From contig WRHL01000002.1 of NCBI GenBank assembly GCA_009783245.1, positions 9,233 to 73,232 on the forward strand: a DNA stretch of 64,000 bases, in the 5' to 3' direction. Positions 48,812 to 58,205 of this stretch are shown here, one piece after another (position 1 is the stretch's first letter; every line of letters begins with the position of its first letter). The notes beneath the pieces were generated by a model. It was not told the origin of the DNA. It made no database searches and saw nothing but the letters and a program-made list of their open reading frames with translations. The position numbers and the translations under genes were made by a program. Origin of the DNA: Coriobacteriia bacterium (GTDB lineage: Bacteria > Actinomycetota > Coriobacteriia > Coriobacteriales > UBA8131).

Positions 48812-49800
48812 TGGCATACAAGATCGCTGTGCTCATGGGTGGCAGCTCCTTTGAGCGGGAATTCTCGCTGGAGAGTGGCAAGCATGTCCTTAGGACACTT
48901 GAGGCGGAGGGGCATACGGTCCTGCCTTTGGATACCTCTTCGTCGCTTGTCGAGGTCCTCCGTGACGCTAAGCCCGATGTTGCTTTCATCGCCTTGCACG
49001 GTGGGCATGGTGAGGATGGGACCGTCCAATCCCTGCTCGAATACCTGGCAATTCCCTTTGTGGGCTCACCATCCAGGGTCTGTCGTACAGCCTGGAACAA
49101 GAGCATGCTGCCCTGTATGGTGCTGTCGCGCCGTAAGGGAGCAGACGGCCCTTCTTCCTGGCCGAACTCGATCTGCCTGTCTGCCAGTAGCTTCAAGGAC
49201 CTTGGCGCCGCCACAGCCCTCGATCTACTGCCTAAGAGGATCCCTTCTGGGTATCCCTTTGCCGTACTTCCCGCCTGTGGCGGGTCAGCCATGGGAGTCA
49301 ACAAGGTTGAATCCTTTGACGAGCTGGCTCCTGCCATTTTGGAGGCGCTTTCCTTTGATGATGAGGTGTTGATCGAGGAGTGGGTCAGCGGCGTTGAGTT
49401 GGCTGTCAGTGTGATCGGGACAGCAGAAGATGCCAGAGCGCTTCCACCTGTTGAGATCTGCCCACACACAGGTTTCTTCAATACCGAAGTCCGCCTCAAC
49501 AGCGACCTGGTGGATTACTATGCTCCGGTCAGGCCGCAGTCGCTTTCACCGGATGAAGCAGAGGCTGCGCGTATCCGCACGCTTATCGAAGACGCGGCGC
49601 TTGAAGTACACCGCAGCTTTGGCTGCAGGGACCTCAGTCGCGTGGATATGTACTGGGACGGGCAGCAGGTGAAAGTCCTGGAGATCAATGTCTCTCCAGG
49701 CATGGCAGAATTCTCTCTTCTTCCCGTTGCATGCAAGGCAGCAGGGACTTCCTTTGGAGCCCTGCTGAATGAGTTGCTGGACCAGGCTGTGAGCCGTTGA
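48811..49800 (+). CDS. D-alanine--D-alanine ligase-like ATP-grasp protein (atypical)
   Basis: MGGSSFEREFSLESG, LHGGHGEDG, GGSAMG, SRVD, EINVSPG; omega-loop YxxKY replaced by TEVRL. Confidence 0.85.
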   Translation: MAYKIAVLMGGSSFEREFSLESGKHVLRTLEAEGHTVLPLDTSSSLVEVLRDAKPDVAFIALHGGHGEDGTVQSLLEYLAIPFVGSPSRVCRTAWNKSMLPCMVLSRRKGADGPSSWPNSICLSASSFKDLGAATALDLLPKRIPSGYPFAVLPACGGSAMGVNKVESFDELAPAILEALSFDDEVLIEEWVSGVELAVSVIGTAEDARALPPVEICPHTGFFNTEVRLNSDLVDYYAPVRPQSLSPDEAEAARIRTLIEDAALEVHRSFGCRDLSRVDMYWDGQQVKVLEINVSPGMAEFSLLPVACKAAGTSFGALLNELLDQAVSR

Positions 49801-49916
49801 CCTCTGGCAGCCGTTGACCTTCCAAACAAGGAAGGTACCCAAAAGCCAGCTTCATCCAGGAAGCCGACAGATGAGAACAGGGCTCAGTGGTTATCTGGAT
49901 AAAGACTCTGAGAAGG

Positions 49917-50396
49917 CTAGAAGCTTGACCAGTAGTTAGCTGGCAAGCCGTAGATTGTGGGATCGTAGATCGCTGTTGCCAGGATCACGCCTGCGGCAAT
50001 CAGTCCTAGCGCCCCCAGGATGATCCCTGCAATCGCCATTCCCTTTCTTGAGCTCTTCAATCCCAGGATGCTGAAGATTATCGCAAGTATGGCAAGGGGG
50101 AGGTCCAAGGCGTTGAAACAACAGAGGAGTACCGATGCGATACCGATTATCATGCCTGTCAGCGCGAATCCCTTACGGTCTTTTCCTGCTTGCTCTACCC
50201 CATAGGTTGGGATCGCCTGTCCCGGCGCATACACAGGTTGAGGGGTAACGGGCGGGATGCCAATGCTGCTCATCTGTTGCGGGTTCACCATCGGTTGCGT
50301 CTGTGCGGTCCATGCTTGACCATCCCAGTACCTGACTAATGAAGTGTCCCCAGCCGGATCAGGATACCAACCTGCTGGAGTCTGCCCGTTTGCCAT
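49917..50396 (-). CDS. DUF2510/DUF4190 membrane protein
   Basis: PAGWYPDP...RYWDGQAWT; TM helices with GMAIAGIILG. Confidence 0.85.
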   Translation of the reverse strand: MANGQTPAGWYPDPAGDTSLVRYWDGQAWTAQTQPMVNPQQMSSIGIPPVTPQPVYAPGQAIPTYGVEQAGKDRKGFALTGMIIGIASVLLCCFNALDLPLAILAIIFSILGLKSSRKGMAIAGIILGALGLIAAGVILATAIYDPTIYGLPANYWSSF

Positions 50397-50523
50397 GTTA
50401 CTCTCCCTAATCTCACGTACAACTGTTATTGCGACTATCCTATATCATACCGCATCTTAATCAGGCAACGTCAGCGAATTGTGAATTATAGAGCGAAGCG
50501 TAGTGACCGCCAGCTTCCAGCAG

Positions 50524-52395
50524 TTACTCATGGCTGCCCTGCTCAACGATATCGCCGTTCTCCATGACCAGAATCAAATCAGCGTTACGGATAGTAGAGA
50601 GGCGATGGGCGATGATGAAGCTCGTCCGGTTGGCCATAAGGTTGTCCATCGCCTTCTGGATCTGGATCTCTGTGCGGGTGTCCACAGATGAGGTCGCCTC
50701 GTCCAAGATGAGTATCCTGGGGTCATGCAACACAGCGCGGGCGATGGTCAACAGCTGCTTCTGCCCCTGGGAGACATTGGAGGCCTCCTCGTTGAGCACC
50801 ATGTCATAGCCGCCCGGAAGCGTGGAGATGAAGTGGTCCGCCTGTGCGATACGCGCCGCAGCCCTGACTTCCTCATCAGTCGCCTCCAGCTTGCCGTAAC
50901 GGATGTTGTCGGCAATACTGCCGTTGTAGAGCCAGGTGTCCTGCAGCACCATGCCAAAAAGCGAGCGCAGGTCGTCACGCTTGAACTGCCGGATATCATG
51001 GCCGTCCACCATAATCGAGCCTTCGTCCACATCATAGAAGCGCATCAAAAGCTTGACGATGGTCGTCTTGCCGGCGCCCGTATGCCCCACGATGGCGATC
51101 TTCTGTCCCGGCTCCACCTGCGCGGTGAAATCCCGGATGACCGGCTTTGTGGCGTCGTAGCCAAAACGTACACCCGCAAAGCCTACCTCGCCCACAACCC
51201 CCGCAGGGTCAACGCTCTCCTCGTCGCTGACATCGGCGGGTAGCTCCTCCTCCTCCAAGAAGGTGAAGATGCGCTCCGCCGCAGCCATGGTCTGCTGGAG
51301 CACATTGGAGATCTGGCTGACCTGCATGATGGGCTGCTGGAAGTTGCGCATGTACTGCATGAAGGCCTGGATGTCGCCTACGGCGATGCGGCCGTTAATG
51401 GCCAGGTAACCGCCTATGACGCAGACCACCACGTAACCCAGGTTGCCGATGATGTTCATGATGGGCATCATCATGCCTGAGAGGAAGTTCGCGCGCCAGG
51501 CCGCGTTGTACAGGGTCTCGTTACTCTCGTTGAACTGCGCAAGCGCCCGCTTCTCGCCGTTGAAGGCACGCAGTATGGTGTGGGCGCCAAAGTTCTCCTC
51601 CACCATGCCGTTGACCTCGCCTAGGTACTCCTGTTGCGCGGTGAAGTGTTTCTGGGAACGCTTCACGATCACAGCGATGATGCCGGCGCTGAGCGGTAGG
51701 GTCACCAGGGCGATGAGCGTCATAAGCCAGCTGATGCTGAACATCATGATGAGCACGCCGACCAATGTGGTGATAGAGGTGATGATCTGGGTGATGGAGC
51801 GGTCGAAGCTCTGCTGGACAGCATCCACGTCGTTGGTGATACGGCTCATCACGTCGCCCGTGGCTGTCTTGTCATAGTAGCTGAAGGGCAGGCGCATGAT
51901 CTTCTCGTCGATATCCCGCCGAAGCGAATAGCAGATCTTGTTCGCAACGCCCGTCATGAGGAAGCCCTGGACAAATTGGAACAGCGCGCTGACCAGGTAC
52001 AGGCCTATGAGCAGCAGGAGGATCCGGCCTATGGCCGTGAAGTCGGGGCCTGTGCCGGTGCCGGCGATCTGGGCCATGATGCCCTCAAAGAGCTCTGTGG
52101 TGGCCATGCCCAAGACTTTGGGGCCGATGATGCCGAAGATGGTAGAGATCATGGCGAAGATGATGACGATGACCACGGCCGGCTTATGCCTGCCCAGGTA
52201 TCTGAGGAGCTTCTTCAGCGTGCCCTTGAAGTCCTTTGCCTTCTCGCCAGGCATCGCCATGTTATGGCCTCCGCCACCGGGGCCGCGGCGCCGACGGGCG
52301 GACTGCCGCTTGCTCTGCTGGGCGGCCCGTAGCTGCTTTAAGCGGATGTCATCGCGCGATGGTGTGCCTGTCTCTGTTGTCTGGTCGGCAGCCAT
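50524..52395 (-). CDS. ABC exporter ATP-binding/permease subunit (premature stop; homologous frame continues to 50461)
   Basis: GHTGAGKTT, SQGQKQ, LDEATSSVD, AHRLST. Confidence 0.93.
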   Translation of the reverse strand: MAADQTTETGTPSRDDIRLKQLRAAQQSKRQSARRRRGPGGGGHNMAMPGEKAKDFKGTLKKLLRYLGRHKPAVVIVIIFAMISTIFGIIGPKVLGMATTELFEGIMAQIAGTGTGPDFTAIGRILLLLIGLYLVSALFQFVQGFLMTGVANKICYSLRRDIDEKIMRLPFSYYDKTATGDVMSRITNDVDAVQQSFDRSITQIITSITTLVGVLIMMFSISWLMTLIALVTLPLSAGIIAVIVKRSQKHFTAQQEYLGEVNGMVEENFGAHTILRAFNGEKRALAQFNESNETLYNAAWRANFLSGMMMPIMNIIGNLGYVVVCVIGGYLAINGRIAVGDIQAFMQYMRNFQQPIMQVSQISNVLQQTMAAAERIFTFLEEEELPADVSDEESVDPAGVVGEVGFAGVRFGYDATKPVIRDFTAQVEPGQKIAIVGHTGAGKTTIVKLLMRFYDVDEGSIMVDGHDIRQFKRDDLRSLFGMVLQDTWLYNGSIADNIRYGKLEATDEEVRAAARIAQADHFISTLPGGYDMVLNEEASNVSQGQKQLLTIARAVLHDPRILILDEATSSVDTRTEIQIQKAMDNLMANRTSFIIAHRLSTIRNADLILVMENGDIVEQGSHE

Positions 52396-52396
52396 G

Positions 52397-54898
52397 CTAT
52401 GCACCCCCTCTCCCAAGCAACTCACGTTCCGAGAGCTGAGAGGAGGCGATCTCCTTATAGGCGACGCAACTGGCAAGCAATTCCTTATGTGTGCCAGAGC
52501 CCACTATGCGTCCCTTGTCGATGACGAAGATCTGGTCCGCATCCATGATGGTACTGACGCGCTGGGCGATGATGATGAGCGTGCTGTCGCTGGTGTAGAC
52601 AGCCAGGGCTTTGCGCAGAGCCGCGTCTGTGGTGAAATCAAGGGCTGAGAAGCTGTCATCGAAGAGGTAGATATCCGGTTTCACAGCAAGCGCCCGGGCT
52701 ATGGAGAGCCGCTGCCGCTGACCACCGGACACACTTGACCCACCCTGCGACACAGGAAGGTCAAAGCCCTCCTCGTTCCCTTTTATGAACTCCAGGGCCT
52801 GGGAGACCTCTGCGACCTTCTCCAGGTCCTCTAAGGACAGCTCACCGGAGCCATAGCAGATATTGCTCTCGACGGTTCCCGCCATCAGCATACTCTGCTG
52901 CGGCACATAGCCTATGGCGCTGCGCAGCTCCTCCTGCGTGAGCTCGCGCACGTCAACGCCGCCCACCCTGACCGCTCCCTCGGTCGCGTCATAGAAGCGT
53001 GGGATGAGGTTGATGATGGTCGACTTGCCCGAACCGGTGGAGCCGATAAGGGCGGTGGTCTGCCCTGGTTTCGCGGTGAAGTCGATGTGACTGAGCGCCT
53101 CCTCCTTTGCCCCTTCATATTTGAAGGTCACATCCCTGAATTCCACCAGCCCGCGTTTTGCCGGGTCCATGGACCTGGGTTGGGCTGGGTCGACTATGGA
53201 GGGCTTGGTATCCAGCACCTCGTTGATACGTTTGGAGCTTACCGTCGCACGCGGTATGAAGACAAAGAGCATGGCGATGAACATGAAGCTCATCATGATC
53301 TGCATGACGTATTGCATGTAGGCCATCATGTCGCCTACCTGCATCTGAGAGGCCGCCACCTGATGGGAGCCTACCCAGATGATGAGTATGGTCAGACCAT
53401 TCATGAACAGCATCATGACCGGCATCATGAAGGTCATGGCGCGACCGACAAAGAGGTTTGTCTGGGTGAGCTTCTTGTTCGCGACCTCAAAACGATCTTC
53501 TTCAAAACCCGTTCGGGAGAAGGCCCGGATGACCATCAGGCCGTTGAGGGACTCCCGGGCAACCAGGTTAAGGCGGTCGATGAGGGTCTGCATGATACGG
53601 AACTTGGGCATGACAACGGCAAAGAGCACCAGCATGATGCCGATAAGCACAACCGCTGCCACCCCGATGATCCAGCTCATGGACACCGACTTGCCCAGGG
53701 CCATGAACACGCCGCCTATACCCATGATGGGCGCGTAGCAGACCATGCGGATGCCCATGGTGAGCATCATCTGGATGACGGTGACGTCGTTGGTCGAGCG
53801 GGTGATAAGCGATGCCGTTGAGAAACGGTCGAATTCCGCATGGGAGAAGCTGGTGACCTTGGTGAAGATCGCCTTGCGCATGTTGCGCGCTACCCCGGCG
53901 CCTATCCTTGAGGAGAGGTAGCCAACCAATATGGTCGCTACACCGGACACGGCAGTGATCAGAAGCATCATCAGGCCGATATAGAGGATGTAGTTGATCT
54001 CTATCGCAGTCATGTCGCAACCGAGCTCGCGATAGAAGCCAGCGACCAGCATCATGCCGCTCTGTGCCTTGAGGCTGTCGTCCATGGCCGCAGCCTGGGC
54101 GTGTGCTTCTGCAAGCCACTCCTGAGGCAGGATGTCCAGAAGTGGTTGGAACTGGTAGATCTGTGCGAAATCGAGGGTTTGGATGTCAGTGGTATCACCG
54201 CTGCCCTCACTGCCGCCTATGGCGTCAAGGAGCGCGCTGTCATCAAATCCCGTGTCCCCGCTTTCCTCCTGAATCGCCTCCAGGAGCGTCTGGCCTTTAT
54301 CCGCAGCATCCTGCTTCATCTGATCAAGAGTCAGCTGGGCAACCTCATCCACGGTCATTCCCGGCGGAAGGGGTCGGCTGACGTCTTCGAGCTGATGCCT
54401 GATCCTATCCAGGATCTGTTCTTCGACCTTCTCTTCTATGACCGACTCCAGCGAGCCGTCTTCCCTGGCCTCCTGCACCTTCTTAAGGAAATTCACCATG
54501 GTCCAGGTGGCGCTGCCAAAAGCTGCGTCCGCTTGCGCTCGCTCCTCGGCAGTGAGGCCCTGTTTGAGCACGTAGACCTGCTCTTCTGCTGCTTTGGGGA
54601 AGGTCGCACTGTAGGGCTTGCCGTCAGCGCCCAGCGCGTCGCCGGAGACCAGCTGATAGCTGCGCTCCATGACTGCTCTTTCATCGTCATCCATGAAGCT
54701 GGTGATGAAGGTATAGCCGTCCTGCGAGATCGCTTTGGGGCTGGACTCCTCCACACCGCCCTGCTGGATACCCACGTTGACTATCTTGCTCATATAGTTG
54801 GGAAGGTTGAGCTCGCAGATCGCCTGAATGAAAAGCAAGACGATGGCGAGCAAAAGGCCCACCAGGAAGGGTTTGAGGAAATGTCTGAGCTTCAGCAT
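52397..54898 (-). CDS. ABC exporter ATP-binding/permease subunit with large extracellular loop
   Basis: GSTGSGKST, SGGQRQR, degenerate FDDSFSALD/AQR (heterodimer partner). Confidence 0.93.
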   Translation of the reverse strand: MLKLRHFLKPFLVGLLLAIVLLFIQAICELNLPNYMSKIVNVGIQQGGVEESSPKAISQDGYTFITSFMDDDERAVMERSYQLVSGDALGADGKPYSATFPKAAEEQVYVLKQGLTAEERAQADAAFGSATWTMVNFLKKVQEAREDGSLESVIEEKVEEQILDRIRHQLEDVSRPLPPGMTVDEVAQLTLDQMKQDAADKGQTLLEAIQEESGDTGFDDSALLDAIGGSEGSGDTTDIQTLDFAQIYQFQPLLDILPQEWLAEAHAQAAAMDDSLKAQSGMMLVAGFYRELGCDMTAIEINYILYIGLMMLLITAVSGVATILVGYLSSRIGAGVARNMRKAIFTKVTSFSHAEFDRFSTASLITRSTNDVTVIQMMLTMGIRMVCYAPIMGIGGVFMALGKSVSMSWIIGVAAVVLIGIMLVLFAVVMPKFRIMQTLIDRLNLVARESLNGLMVIRAFSRTGFEEDRFEVANKKLTQTNLFVGRAMTFMMPVMMLFMNGLTILIIWVGSHQVAASQMQVGDMMAYMQYVMQIMMSFMFIAMLFVFIPRATVSSKRINEVLDTKPSIVDPAQPRSMDPAKRGLVEFRDVTFKYEGAKEEALSHIDFTAKPGQTTALIGSTGSGKSTIINLIPRFYDATEGAVRVGGVDVRELTQEELRSAIGYVPQQSMLMAGTVESNICYGSGELSLEDLEKVAEVSQALEFIKGNEEGFDLPVSQGGSSVSGGQRQRLSIARALAVKPDIYLFDDSFSALDFTTDAALRKALAVYTSDSTLIIIAQRVSTIMDADQIFVIDKGRIVGSGTHKELLASCVAYKEIASSQLSERELLGRGGA

Positions 54899-54914
54899 AT
54901 GGCTTTCTCTCCGG

Positions 54915-55601
54915 CTATGCGCCAGCGGCCAGGAGCGCGTGCTCGAAGTAGGGGTACATATCCGGCGCACTACCCTCATAGATGGTGCCGATGACACCCT
55001 CTTTATCTATGATGAGGGAATAGGGGATGCCGTTTGAGGGATAGATGCGGGCGATGGCGCTGTCATCATCGAGTCCCCAGATGAAGCTATAGGCCTTCTC
55101 CTGGGCGAACTTTCTGGCCAGCGTGCTGTCGTCACTGCGGTTTATAGCCAGGATGACCACATCCGGGTAGTCCTCTGTAATCCTCTGCATGGCCGGCATC
55201 TCCTCGATGCAATAGCCGCACCAGGTCGCCCAGAAGTTCAGAAGGACCACCTGCCCCTGGTAGTCGGACAACCGTGCCGTGGCGCCGTCCATGGTGATGA
55301 ACTCGAAGTCCGGGGCAAAAGCGCCTTTTTCGACCGCCGTCTTCTTCTCCTGCTGGTTCTGCTGGCCCTGTTGGCCTTGTTGGCCTTGTTGGCCTTGTTG
55401 GCCTGATGCCTGTGCGGAGGACCCACCGGGGTTGTCGCCGGTGTTGTTAGCCGGAGAATCTTTGGCGCTGCCTCTGGGCGATAGTATGAAGCAGCCGGTC
55501 AAGCTGCTGGTAAGAAGCGTTGCGAACAGCAAGAAGCAGACAAGCAGGCTGAAACCTTTCAGACAGGTGCCGTTTCTATGTGTGTGCATGCTCTTCCTCA
55601 T
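54915..55601 (-). CDS. TlpA/ResA-family thiol-disulfide oxidoreductase lipoprotein
   Basis: Lipobox LTGC; APDF, LNFWATWCGYC..EMP, GIPYS; (GQQ)n linker. Confidence 0.92.
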   Translation of the reverse strand: MRKSMHTHRNGTCLKGFSLLVCFLLFATLLTSSLTGCFILSPRGSAKDSPANNTGDNPGGSSAQASGQQGQQGQQGQQGQQNQQEKKTAVEKGAFAPDFEFITMDGATARLSDYQGQVVLLNFWATWCGYCIEEMPAMQRITEDYPDVVILAINRSDDSTLARKFAQEKAYSFIWGLDDDSAIARIYPSNGIPYSLIIDKEGVIGTIYEGSAPDMYPYFEHALLAAGA

Positions 55602-56445
55602 CTGTGTGTTCTTTCAATGTGAATGTAAAGCATATCGCCTGAGCCTCACAACTGCTCACACAGTTTCCACATTGTATACATTCCCTGTCGCTCACCCGCA
55701 GGATGTCCGCTTTACATGTGGCGCGGCAGGTCCCACAGTCGGTGCATTTTTCTGTGTCCACCCGGTAGCGCAAAAGCGCGATGCGGTTGAAGAAGGAGTA
55801 GAGCGCGCCCAGTGGACAGAGGAAGCGACAGAAAGGCCGGTAGATGAACAGGGCAGCCACAACCAACGCGACCAATACGGCCACCTTCCAGCTGAAGAGC
55901 GGGCCGAGCATCCTCTGCAGACCGCTGTCTGCCGCGACGAGCGGAAGACCTGCCTCAAGCGTGCCGGCGGGACAAAGCCAGGCACAGAAGGCCGGCGTGC
56001 CGACACCAGTGCTGGCAAGCAGTATTAGCGGCGCGACGATTACCAGGCCAACAAGTATCAGGTACTTGCCCCAGGAGAGGACCCGCGACCAGGCGCCCTT
56101 CTTGAGCTTTGGCAGGGGCAGTTTGTCTATGAGGTCCTGGATGAGCCCAAAGGGGCAGAGCCAGCCACAGACGGTGCGCCCCAGCAGGGCGCCAAAGGCC
56201 AAAATGGTGCCTATCATATAGAAGGGTAGCCGTTGCCCGCTTGCAACCAGCGCCGCCTGCAGCGAGCCAATGGGGCAGGCCCCCACTGCGCCGGGACAGG
56301 AATAGCAGTTGAGCCCCGGGACGCAGACACCCTTGAAGCTGCCTTGATAGATAGTGCCTGTTGTGAACCCCTTGAAGTTCAGATTGCAGAGCAGGGCTGC
56401 CAGCAGTTGGATAAGATGCCGCTTGAACCTCGCGATTGTGGTCAT
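55576..56445 (-). CDS. Membrane 4Fe-4S binding protein (NapH/MauN/YccM-like)
   Basis: CVPGLNCYSCP..ACPIG, CGWLCPFG, CAWLCPAG, FCRFLCPLG, two C-terminal CxxCxxCxxxC. Confidence 0.9.
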   Translation of the reverse strand: MTTIARFKRHLIQLLAALLCNLNFKGFTTGTIYQGSFKGVCVPGLNCYSCPGAVGACPIGSLQAALVASGQRLPFYMIGTILAFGALLGRTVCGWLCPFGLIQDLIDKLPLPKLKKGAWSRVLSWGKYLILVGLVIVAPLILLASTGVGTPAFCAWLCPAGTLEAGLPLVAADSGLQRMLGPLFSWKVAVLVALVVAALFIYRPFCRFLCPLGALYSFFNRIALLRYRVDTEKCTDCGTCRATCKADILRVSDRECIQCGNCVSSCEAQAICFTFTLKEHTDEEEHAHT

Positions 56446-56447
56446 GT

Positions 56448-56597
56448 TCACCCCAGGCCTATGCACTCATAGCAGATGAGCGCGGCCTTGCGGAGGACGT
56501 CGACAAAACCGCCCTGCGTGATGCCCACCACCACAAGAGCCAGGCCTATCGCAAGGATCACCAGCCCAATTGGTATATGTCTCAGTTGTTTCAACAT
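56448..56597 (-). CDS. Small CxxC-motif membrane protein (CD1871A-like), 49 aa
   Basis: Below the ORF-track cutoff: MLKQLRHIPIGLVILAIGLALVVVGITQGGFVDVLRKAALICYECIGLG*; stop ends 2 nt before the polyferredoxin ATG. Confidence 0.85.
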   Translation of the reverse strand: MLKQLRHIPIGLVILAIGLALVVVGITQGGFVDVLRKAALICYECIGLG

Positions 56598-56681
56598 AGT
56601 GCCATTGTACCGTTTTATAATGGAGGGAGAAGAAATCGCAGGTTGGGCGTAGGGTTGCGCACGCGGCCAGGCGCACGGTTG

Positions 56682-56717
56682 GATGCACGGTGAGATGTAC
56701 GGTGAGATGCACGGTGA
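56682..56717 (+). repeat. 12-bp tandem repeat GATGYACGGTGA x3
   Basis: Immediately upstream of the aminotransferase RBS. Confidence 0.8.
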
Positions 56718-56724
56718 GGAGTGG

Positions 56725-58014
56725 ATGATGACCGCTTATTCAGAATGGGGAAAGCAGCAACTGCAGGAGGAGCTCGACCTTCTCGTCAAACACTATGAGG
56801 GCTTCAAGGCGCAGGGGCTCAAGCTCAACATGGCTCGCGGCAAGCCGGCGCCCGAGCAGCTCGACCTTTCTAATAAGATGCTCCAGGCTCTGCCCGCTGA
56901 TGCCCGCCCACTTGACCGCAACGGCGAGGACACCCGCAACTACGGCCTGCTGTTGGGAATCCCCGAGGCCCGCGAACTCATGGGGCAGATCCTGGGCGCG
57001 CCCGCCTCTGAGGTGCTGATTGGCGGCAACTCCTCGCTGAACCTGATGTATGACACCGTAGCCCGCTCGATGCTCTTTGGCGTGCGCGGCTCTGTGCCCT
57101 GGTGCCAGCTGGATACGGTGAAGTTCCTCTGCCCTGCTCCCGGTTATGACCGCCATTTTGCGGTGACCCAGAGCCTGGGTATTGAGAACGTTGCGGTTGC
57201 GATGACCGTGGATGGCCCTGATATGGACGCGGTGTGCGAGCTTGTTCAGACGGACCCTGCTATCAAGGGCATCTGGTGTGTGCCCAAGTACTCCAACCCC
57301 CAGGGCTATACCTACTCTGAGCAGGTGGTCCGACGCTTTGCGGGGCTTGTGCCTGCCGCATCGGACTTCCGTATCTTCTGGGATAACGCCTACGCCGTCC
57401 ACGACCTTGTGGAGCCGGGCGATGCGCTTTTGAGCCTCAGGGAAGCCTGCCTTGAGGCGGGTACTGGTGACAGCTACTATATGTTCTCCTCCACCTCCAA
57501 GGTGACCTTTGCCGGCGGTGGTATCAGCGCACTTGCCACCTCGGCGGACAACCTAGCTGAAATCGAGCAGCAGCTCAGCTTCCAGACCATAGGGCATGAC
57601 AAGGTCAACCAGTTGCGCCACGTGCGCTTTTTGGGCGACCTTTTGGGCGTCAAAGCTCAGATGCGCAGGCAGGCCGCACTTATCGCGCCTAAGTTCCAGC
57701 TGGTGCTCGAAGCCTTTGACCGCGAGCTTGCGGGGCTTGGTGTCGCACGTTGGACCAGGCCAAACGGTGGCTACTTCATCTCCTTTGACGGGCTTACAGG
57801 TACGGCTGCCCGTACGGTCTTGCTTGCCAAAGAAGCCGGCGTGGCCCTGACTGGGGCGGGCGCCACCTACCCCTATGGCATCGACCCAGATGACAGCAAC
57901 ATCCGTATAGCGCCTACCTACCCCTCCCTGGAAGAGCTTGCCCTTGCCTGCGAGTTGTTCTGCCTTTGCGTGCGGATCGCCGCCCTGGAAAAGCTCCTGT
58001 CACCCCGGGCTTGA
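56725..58014 (+). CDS. Aminotransferase, Rv3722c/AspB-like (putative aspartate aminotransferase)
   Basis: LNMARGKP, PGYDRHF, VPKYSNP, WDNAY, STSKVTF, RIAPTYP. Confidence 0.9.
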   Translation: MMTAYSEWGKQQLQEELDLLVKHYEGFKAQGLKLNMARGKPAPEQLDLSNKMLQALPADARPLDRNGEDTRNYGLLLGIPEARELMGQILGAPASEVLIGGNSSLNLMYDTVARSMLFGVRGSVPWCQLDTVKFLCPAPGYDRHFAVTQSLGIENVAVAMTVDGPDMDAVCELVQTDPAIKGIWCVPKYSNPQGYTYSEQVVRRFAGLVPAASDFRIFWDNAYAVHDLVEPGDALLSLREACLEAGTGDSYYMFSSTSKVTFAGGGISALATSADNLAEIEQQLSFQTIGHDKVNQLRHVRFLGDLLGVKAQMRRQAALIAPKFQLVLEAFDRELAGLGVARWTRPNGGYFISFDGLTGTAARTVLLAKEAGVALTGAGATYPYGIDPDDSNIRIAPTYPSLEELALACELFCLCVRIAALEKLLSPRA

Positions 58015-58031
58015 TGTTTGCCACCACGGGT

Positions 58032-58064
58032 TCATGACAAAAGGGACCGTCCCCTTTGTCATGA
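58032..58064. repeat. Single REP-like palindrome
   Basis: TCATGACAAAAGGGACCGTCCCCTTTGTCATGA between convergent genes. Confidence 0.9.
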
Positions 58065-58205
58065 GCGCCTGCTCGTCCAAACCGCGCGTGGGATGCATGC
58101 GCTGGGCGAAGAGATGTCGCGCGACTTGAGGGTGTGCGCTGGGAGGGGACACGGGGTTTTCGTTATATGAGAACCCCGAATAGGAACCAAGACGTTTTGT
58201 CGAGC

